Origin: a bacterium
GTDB lineage: Bacteria > Patescibacteriota > Dojkabacteria > SC72 > WJKH01
NCBI GenBank assembly: GCA_029547225.1
Contig: JAKPPS010000056.1
Span: 25,356 to 89,355 of the forward strand
Direction of reading: 5' to 3'
DNA: 64,000 nt
Within the stretch, counting starts at the first letter, position 1. Each line of letters starts with the position of its first letter. Positions 57,322 through 64,000 of the stretch are shown here, one piece after another. Below the pieces are notes generated by a model. It was not told where the DNA came from. It did not search any database and saw only the letters and a list, made by a program, of their open reading frames with translations. Made by a program: the position numbers and the translations under genes.

Positions 57322-60300
57322 ATGGAAATAAATCACAAAACAATAAGAATCTCGGCCCAAAAAGATGACCAGATTGTAAACAATACATTAGATATTGAAA
57401 ACACAGAGGATATTGAAAAAAACCAAACTGCCAACGATGCAGAAACTGGACTAAGAAAAGAGATTCTCAATCGTGCAATGGATAGTACAGACTCAGAGGA
57501 AAAAGCTGATAGTGTTAGCGACGATAACAGCAATGGAGATGACGGAAATATAAAAGACGGAAGCATAAATAATGACGATGGAGATGACAATGGCACAATA
57601 AACAGTGCCAACATAGAAACTCAGATTGATCCTGTAGAAAAAGGTGATGTAACCAATGAAGATTTGACAGACGACCTAGTACAGCTTTCATTCACACCAG
57701 GTGAGATTATAAATCGTTCAATAGCGGAGGAAATGCGCAAAAATTATCTCGACTATTCTATGTCCGTTATAGTTTCTAGAGCTTTACCAGATGTAAAAGA
57801 TGGTCTCAAACCATCTCAGCGTAGGATTTTAGTTGCCATGAACGATCTTAATCTTACTCCAAGCGCCCACTTCAGGAAATCAGCAAAAATCGCTGGAGAT
57901 ACAACAGGTAACTACCACCCACATGGTGACCAAGTTATATATCCAACTATGGTTAAATTGGCTCAAGATTTCTCTGTACGATACACATTGGTTAATGGAC
58001 AAGGAAACTTTGGTTCGATCGATGGAGATATGCCAGCAGCAATGCGTTACACTGAAGCTAAAATGACGAAGATAACCCTCGAAATGCTTCGAGATCTTGA
58101 TAAAGGTACAGTAACTTTCTCTCCAAACTATGATGCAACTCGAGTTGAACCAAATTATTTGCCAACTCTCTTTCCAAATCTGATTTGTAATGGAAGCGAT
58201 GGTATCGCTGTAGGTATGGCAACAAAAATACCTGCTCATAACCTTGGTGAAGTTGTAGACGCACTTCGCGCAATGATCGAGCAAGGAAACAAATGGAAGG
58301 GTAAAGCTATCTACAATTCATTGAGATTAGCACGAGAAGGAAATGAAATAATACCAAAGGTTTTAAACTCTACACCCGCTGATTTCTATGAAAATTATGT
58401 CCCAGAAAATGAATTGGACAGAGAAGCAAAAGTTGAACAAATCAAATCACAGTTACATGATGAGAATGGCGAAGAGGCTGTAAAACTATACCCTGAATTT
58501 GAGACAGACCTTACAAACCAAGATATTATGAAATATATTCCAGGGCCAGATTTTCCAACAGGCGGTATTATTTACGATAAGGCTGAGATATTAAATGCTT
58601 ACACAACAGGACGAGGCAGGATACTTACTCGAGCTCGAGCTTCGATAGAAGAAGGAAAGGGCGGAAGATTCCATATTATTGTTACAGAAATTCCTTACCA
58701 GGTAAATAAATCTGTGCTTATCACAAACATTGCAGATCTTGTAAAAGATAAACGCATAGAGGGTATCGCAGATATCAGAGATGAATCAAACCGAGAAGGC
58801 ATGCGTATAGTTATTATCCTCAAAAAGGATGTACAACCGAAAGTAATTTTGAACAAGTTGTACAAGTATTCTGCTTTGCAAAATGCATTTAATGCAAACA
58901 TGATTTCTCTCGTTGACGGAGAGCCAGAATTATTGAGCATGACAAGGATGCTTGAATTATTCTTAGGCCACAGATTAGCTGTAGTGATAAGAAGATATGA
59001 GTTTGAATTGGCACAAAATCGCTATGAAGGGCATATTTTGGCAGGACTACTTAAAGCACTTGATCTACTTGACGAGATTATTGCTATGATAAGAGCTTCG
59101 AAAACGCAAGAAGATGCAAAAACAAACCTTATCTCGAAATTTGAATTTACTGAAGTACAAGCCCAAGCAATTTTAGAAATGCAGTTGCGTAAACTTGCTG
59201 CACTAGAACGACAGAAACTTGAAGATCGTAACAAAGAAATTTTAGCAGCAATTGAAAGTCATAATAAAATATTAAGCGACCAGGCAGAAATATTAAAGGT
59301 AGTTGATCAAGAATTGGCATTGCTCAAAGAGAAACATGGCGATCCGAGAAGGACAAAAGTTGTAGCTGGCAAAGTTGATGATATTTCTGAAGAGGATACT
59401 GTAGCTTCTGAAGAAACATTTATCAACATCAGTCGATCAGGATACATCAAACGATTATCACCAGACACCTATCGAGTACAAAAAAGAGGTGGCAAGGGGG
59501 TTATTGGAGCTACTACAAAAGAAGACGATTACATCCAACATGCTCTTTCATGCAATACTCATGATGAACTATTCTTGTTTACAAACAAAGGTAAGGTCTT
59601 TAACATCAAGGCTTACCAGATACCAGAATCTAGTCGTACTGCAAAAGGTATCCCGATAGTCAATCTTGTCCAGATAGAGCAGGGTGAGATAGTAACTGGA
59701 GTACTTAATAAAGATAGCAAGAGCCTAGATAAAGACTCAAAGAAGCCGAAATATCTATTTATGGCTACGGAAAAAGGTGTTGTCAAGAAAACAGAGCTTA
59801 CTGAGTTTGGAAACATCAGAGCTAGCGGCCTTATTGCAATAAAACTTGATCCAGGTGATGAGTCAAAATGGGTTGCAACAACAAGTGGAGAAGACGATAT
59901 TATCTTGATAACCAAAAAAGGAAAATGCATAAGATTTAGTGAAGCAGATGTAAGACCAATGGGCAGAAATACTCGAGGCGTTACAGGTATCAAATTCAAA
60001 TCTTCAGATGATTGCGTGATTTCTATGAGCAAAATCGAGGCAAAAGAAGTAGAAGATCGCAAAGTTTTGACAATATCTGAAAATGCTTTCGGTAAAACAA
60101 CTTCATTAAGTAATTATGAAAAGCAACGAAGAGGTGGTACAGGATTATTTACATTTAGAGTGACGCCAAAGACAGGAAATCTAGTAGTCACACGCGTAAT
60201 CGATCCTAGTGACCCAGAAATAGTCGTTATGTCAACTCGAGGACAAGTTATCAGAGCAGAGTTAAAAGCAATACCTGACTATGTAAATCGACAAACTTCT

Positions 60301-60399
60301 GGTGTACGTATTATGAATATGCATGAAGGTGACACCGTTGCTGCAATTGCAATATTACCTCCAACTCAGGAAGATGAATCACCTATCAGTGAAGGATAA
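57322..60399 (+). CDS. gyrA: DNA gyrase subunit A with an acidic N-terminal extension of about 125 aa and an internal insertion
   Basis: YLDYSMSVIVSRALPDVKDGLKPSQRRIL, catalytic Tyr context AAMRYTEAKM, and C-terminal beta-pinwheel repeats. Confidence 0.95.
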   Translation: MEINHKTIRISAQKDDQIVNNTLDIENTEDIEKNQTANDAETGLRKEILNRAMDSTDSEEKADSVSDDNSNGDDGNIKDGSINNDDGDDNGTINSANIETQIDPVEKGDVTNEDLTDDLVQLSFTPGEIINRSIAEEMRKNYLDYSMSVIVSRALPDVKDGLKPSQRRILVAMNDLNLTPSAHFRKSAKIAGDTTGNYHPHGDQVIYPTMVKLAQDFSVRYTLVNGQGNFGSIDGDMPAAMRYTEAKMTKITLEMLRDLDKGTVTFSPNYDATRVEPNYLPTLFPNLICNGSDGIAVGMATKIPAHNLGEVVDALRAMIEQGNKWKGKAIYNSLRLAREGNEIIPKVLNSTPADFYENYVPENELDREAKVEQIKSQLHDENGEEAVKLYPEFETDLTNQDIMKYIPGPDFPTGGIIYDKAEILNAYTTGRGRILTRARASIEEGKGGRFHIIVTEIPYQVNKSVLITNIADLVKDKRIEGIADIRDESNREGMRIVIILKKDVQPKVILNKLYKYSALQNAFNANMISLVDGEPELLSMTRMLELFLGHRLAVVIRRYEFELAQNRYEGHILAGLLKALDLLDEIIAMIRASKTQEDAKTNLISKFEFTEVQAQAILEMQLRKLAALERQKLEDRNKEILAAIESHNKILSDQAEILKVVDQELALLKEKHGDPRRTKVVAGKVDDISEEDTVASEETFINISRSGYIKRLSPDTYRVQKRGGKGVIGATTKEDDYIQHALSCNTHDELFLFTNKGKVFNIKAYQIPESSRTAKGIPIVNLVQIEQGEIVTGVLNKDSKSLDKDSKKPKYLFMATEKGVVKKTELTEFGNIRASGLIAIKLDPGDESKWVATTSGEDDIILITKKGKCIRFSEADVRPMGRNTRGVTGIKFKSSDDCVISMSKIEAKEVEDRKVLTISENAFGKTTSLSNYEKQRRGGTGLFTFRVTPKTGNLVVTRVIDPSDPEIVVMSTRGQVIRAELKAIPDYVNRQTSGVRIMNMHEGDTVAAIAILPPTQEDESPISEG

Positions 60400-60601
60400 A
60401 TTGCATAAAATGGTAATGGTAAACTAGCAAAGGTATTTCGAAAGATAGGAGAAGTCCAGGCTATTAAAAAATGTGCAGAATATTGGTGCTATGTAAAGCG
60501 ATTTTATTGCAATGGTACAAGATAATGCCACAGTGACGGCATGGTTACATAAAAATTGGTACATATATAGGTACATAGATGAATTTATTGTAAAATAGGT
60601 T

Positions 60602-61632
60602 ATGGACAACAGTACTTCAAGACATTCTGCCGGATTAATTCGTAACATCATCGTATCAATGATACTTATTTCTGCTATTTTGGCATGTATAACGATAATT
60701 ATTAACAATACAATTCCTGATTCTGTAGAGGGTGAGGACAAACTTAGTTATTCCGTAGATAGCTTTAAAAGTAACGCGACATATATTTTTGCGTATGATA
60801 AATATGTTGAACTAGAAGAGCAGAAATCCTTGTCAAACAAGGAGGATGTAAAAGAGTCAAATGATGAACCAATCGAAGATATTAATCCTGATAGTGATAG
60901 TACTGACATCATTGACGAAGAGAAAGCAACTTCAGATCCATTCACTAAAACGATTAGCAGTCTTCCTTCTGATCCAGTAGCGCAAGAAAAGGCGGCTCAA
61001 TACCAGCCGACATCAAATTGGTGGAGTTATCCAGCCAATATTTATCAGACAACTCGAAATGGCGATGATCTACTGGTATTAGTTAATAAGCAATATAGGT
61101 TAGATTCAGGATATTATCCAAGCGATCTAGTAGATCTGGGACAAACTGGTATACCTGATAGCGGAGGCAAACAGGGTAGGGCAATTATGATCACTCAACT
61201 TACTCAGATGTATAACGATGCTCAAGCTGCCGGGATAAATCTTTCAATACTTTCAGGCTTCAGATCTTATGATACACAGGTTGTGACTTACAATTATTGG
61301 GTCAGCTACAATGGCGAGATATTGATTATACTGATACTATTTCAGCTCGCCCTGGTCACAGTCAGCATCAACTTGGGACTGCGATTGATTTTGGTGTTTA
61401 TGAAGATGGATACTTGCAGATGTGGCAAGATTTTAATGACTCTAGAGCTGCTAATTGGCTAGCTCAAAACGCATGGAAATATGGTTTCGCTCTGTCTTTC
61501 CCATACGGCGCTGAATCTACTACTGGTTTTGCATATGAGGGCTGGCATTTCAGATTTATTGGTGTCGATAACGCTGCTAATTGGTACGCTTCTGGTCTTT
61601 TGTTTGAAGTCTGGTTAAGAGGGGTGAATTAA
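60602..61632 (+). pseudogene. VanY/LdcB-type M15 D,D- or L,D-carboxypeptidase interrupted by a 1-nt frameshift near 61316-61320
   Basis: The first frame carries a TM anchor and SGFRSYDTQ...YNYWVSYNGE. The frame offset by +2 (-1) continues DIDYTDTISARPGHSQHQLGTAIDF...EGWHFRF. The two halves join at the expected spacing if one base is restored in gcgagat. Confidence 0.75.
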
Positions 61633-61671
61633 GATGATATAATTATTTATAGAAAACATCAGAGTATATAA

Positions 61672-62634
61672 TTGATACCAAACATAAATATGTACAATTT
61701 AATAGATTCTCAACAGCAACAAAATGCTTTACCCATACCAACAGAGCCGATCGAGGAGGGGACAAAAAGAAAAATTTCTAACATATTATCATCAAGAGAA
61801 AGTCATAGACAAATTCTTGAAGTAGTGATTATCAATGATACTGATGAGCAGGCAGCCTCTCAGCAAGAACAATATTTAGCTCAAGTAAGAAGAATTCTAT
61901 CTTCAAAAGGAGTTGGAAATAATGAAATCGAGTCTTTCGTATCTCAACTTCGGGAGATAATCAGTGCAGTATTTGTAGAACAAGATGCAGAGAAAATCCG
62001 AGGATTGTTAGATCAAAAAATCGAATTAATTAAATACATACCACTGGAGATACTCTTGCTGTTTGCTGCAACCTGTATAAATACAGATATTAAAGGTTTT
62101 TTACTTTCAAATTCAGATGAAAACAACAATAATCAAGACAATACAGCCGAAGTTAGAGATTACATGAGCAGGATGACAAAGATAATCGATCTTTTTTCTG
62201 ACGAAACTGGCCGACCAAGAAATATTAATATTGAGTTGATAAATTTATTGCTCGCCTCCATAGCTACTAATATGGAGGCACAATTTTTATTTATTTTCAA
62301 TTGTTTAAATCCAGGATTAGCAACATATAGCCTTCAATCCCAAGATAATTTTAATATGAATACTTCATCATCTGATGCTAATCCTATTCGCTTAACAAGA
62401 ATTACTATGCTTGGCAAGATGAAAGCCATGCTTGAGCAATGCGTAGGTACAATAGATATAAATCGAGTAAAAAAATTTTTGATTTCGCCATTGGCAGAAG
62501 AATTAGGATTATACGTATATGAAGGTTATAACACTGGGATAATCGAATTATTAAAAGTCTTCCAAGCTTTGTTATATTATTTCAAAAGAGATCGAATAGC
62601 GCTTTCAGAGGTGGAGCATTCAAGATTAGAATAA
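61672..62634 (+). CDS. Orphan soluble protein (320 aa)
   Basis: Long ORF with no recognised motif. The track start is a non-ATG codon, and the ATG at 61690 (MYNLID) is possible. Confidence 0.5.
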   Translation: MIPNINMYNLIDSQQQQNALPIPTEPIEEGTKRKISNILSSRESHRQILEVVIINDTDEQAASQQEQYLAQVRRILSSKGVGNNEIESFVSQLREIISAVFVEQDAEKIRGLLDQKIELIKYIPLEILLLFAATCINTDIKGFLLSNSDENNNNQDNTAEVRDYMSRMTKIIDLFSDETGRPRNINIELINLLLASIATNMEAQFLFIFNCLNPGLATYSLQSQDNFNMNTSSSDANPIRLTRITMLGKMKAMLEQCVGTIDINRVKKFLISPLAEELGLYVYEGYNTGIIELLKVFQALLYYFKRDRIALSEVEHSRLE

Positions 62635-62925
62635 AATTTGTTCTCTAAACCGATACTATAAATACTACTATATTCTATCTTACAGATTTTTACTAATCTT
62701 TCCGATTTTGTAATTCGGTAAAATACTCGATTAATAAAATGATCATACTATTAATTAATTAAATTTTTACTTTCTAACTTATTTATGAAGTTTTATCAAT
62801 TTGCATTTGCTATCCCATAAGATAAGGGTTAGGCATAAGAGTGGGGAATATTAATACGATAGGAATATTGACTATTTTATGATATAATAATAGAATAGAA
62901 AAAATAAAATTTTAAAAGCAAAAAA

Positions 62926-63399
62926 ATGCAAAATAACACTCCCCAAGATATTACAAAAAACCCAGTATCTAACGACAAAGAAGTACAGGATCTACTTGAC
63001 AAACTTTTTATGACTCTTAAAAGTGCAGGGATGTCCGATGAAGACTTGCTTGATCTCGGTCAACAAATAGTAGAAATATCATCAAATCGTATGATGGCGT
63101 ACTTGATGACAAGACTTACCGAAGATGAATTTAACAAATGGGATGCAGAATCAAAAAACGTATCCGAGTTAGAAATGATGGACATGCTTGACAAGATTAT
63201 CTTCGGAAAAACGGGAGAGCATATTGAAGAGATTCATAATCGTATAACTATTGCAATGATAAAATCTTCTATTAAATTTGTTGTTGATGAACCAGCATTG
63301 ATTAAGAAAATTTCGGAGAAAAACTTGACGGACGAACAGATAGACGAATTGATTAAACAAGTCGCTAACGGCGATACTTCAGGATTGGATAATTTATAA
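62926..63399 (+). CDS. Orphan acidic protein (157 aa)
   Basis: ORF with a promoter-like upstream region (TTGACT...TAGAAT). No recognised motif. Confidence 0.45.
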   Translation: MQNNTPQDITKNPVSNDKEVQDLLDKLFMTLKSAGMSDEDLLDLGQQIVEISSNRMMAYLMTRLTEDEFNKWDAESKNVSELEMMDMLDKIIFGKTGEHIEEIHNRITIAMIKSSIKFVVDEPALIKKISEKNLTDEQIDELIKQVANGDTSGLDNL

Positions 63400-63411
63400 A
63401 CTTTTATTGTG

Positions 63412-64000
63412 ATGAGTTACTTAGAAGGATACAATCCAAAACAAGAACCAAATCCGCGACAACAAGACAGAGAACTTCTCGCTAAAGACCATCCAGGCGA
63501 ATTTATTATTGGTCAGAACATAGTAGAAGATGATATTATTTTTGCAGATGAAAAACAAACAAAAATTTTAATAGATAATAAGTATCAATTTCCTGGGATC
63601 TATGTTACAGTTACACAGCATATTTACCAACAAGAAGTACAAGGTAGGGAGATAATAATTAACAGTCGTTTTCCTAACAATGTCCATGGAGCTCCCCGTA
63701 TAGCACTCTTGGTTAATTCAGCAAAAAATGATGAAAGAGAAAAAGTAGTAAATAGAACAGCAGGTCCCATTACAGTTTTATATTTAGCTGATGGGGATTC
63801 AACAATTCAAACCATTGCAGAAAAAATCGAACAGTTATCCCAAGCCGATAAAAGTATTAGTTCAATATCAGGTGTATCACGAAGCGATTCTGGCAGGTAC
63901 TATTATGTTATCCAAGATGGTAAAAGAGTGGCATTTGAATACATACCTAACGATCAAAAATCTAGGAGAGCAGTTATACGATTACTTTTTATATCTGACG
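63412..64000 (+). CDS. Orphan protein, 3' end outside the window
   Basis: It is not in the supplied track. My own translation from the ATG at 63412 (MSYLEGYNPKQEPNPRQQDRELLAKDHPGEF...) stays open for 196 codons to the window edge, 12 nt after the previous stop. Confidence 0.45.
   Translation, partial: MSYLEGYNPKQEPNPRQQDRELLAKDHPGEFIIGQNIVEDDIIFADEKQTKILIDNKYQFPGIYVTVTQHIYQQEVQGREIIINSRFPNNVHGAPRIALLVNSAKNDEREKVVNRTAGPITVLYLADGDSTIQTIAEKIEQLSQADKSISSISGVSRSDSGRYYYVIQDGKRVAFEYIPNDQKSRRAVIRLLFISD

Overview
AT-rich bacterial chromosomal window. It uses the standard genetic code: TGA ends full-length genes such as rnc at 28963 and the orphan ORF at 22500. I support about 53 protein-coding genes, one tRNA-Val, no rRNA, no CRISPR array, and no integrase or transposase. 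Most genes are compact housekeeping functions: tatD, rsmI, truB, rarA, tyrS, tig, clpP, rpmF-nusB-rnc-rpsP-KH, holB-like, murB and gyrB/gyrA. Several features together suggest a reduced-genome, single-membrane, possibly episymbiotic bacterium of the CPR/Patescibacteria type. These are the gene content, a sortase, a secretin-less pilus locus, almost no Shine-Dalgarno sequences, and many low-complexity insertions in conserved proteins. That lineage assignment is inference only. The dominant feature is a 21-kb, 15-gene co-directional minus-strand type IV pilus (T4P) supercluster at 30053-51111: pilB, pilT, pilC, pilin, pilD, four minor-pilin-like genes, a CheY-like receiver, two large exported orphan proteins, then pilM, pilN and pilO. 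Its unusual points are a PilT retraction ATPase with an N-terminal low-complexity extension of about 675 aa, and a PilN with an acidic extension of about 355 aa ahead of its INLLP motif. In addition, a receiver gene plus two exported proteins of 539 and 1201 aa (the larger with a very Cys-rich module) sit where PilY1 would be expected. I regard this accessory module as the best candidate for an undescribed system. Other observations worth follow-up:
- A bipartite 13+12 nt motif with a fixed 25-nt spacer occurs twice in inverted orientation, in two 3' UTR-like positions.
- The tRNA-Val 3' end is duplicated, bracketing a single cupin gene.
- A double-ring Clp/Hsp100 ATPase appears to be membrane-anchored.
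- A PpsA-like protein has Asp in place of the phospho-histidine.
- The trigger factor lacks a PPIase domain.
- A sortase sits next to a likely substrate.
- A VanY/LdcB-type peptidase is frameshifted.

All functional calls come from motif recognition in the supplied translations. No database search was possible.
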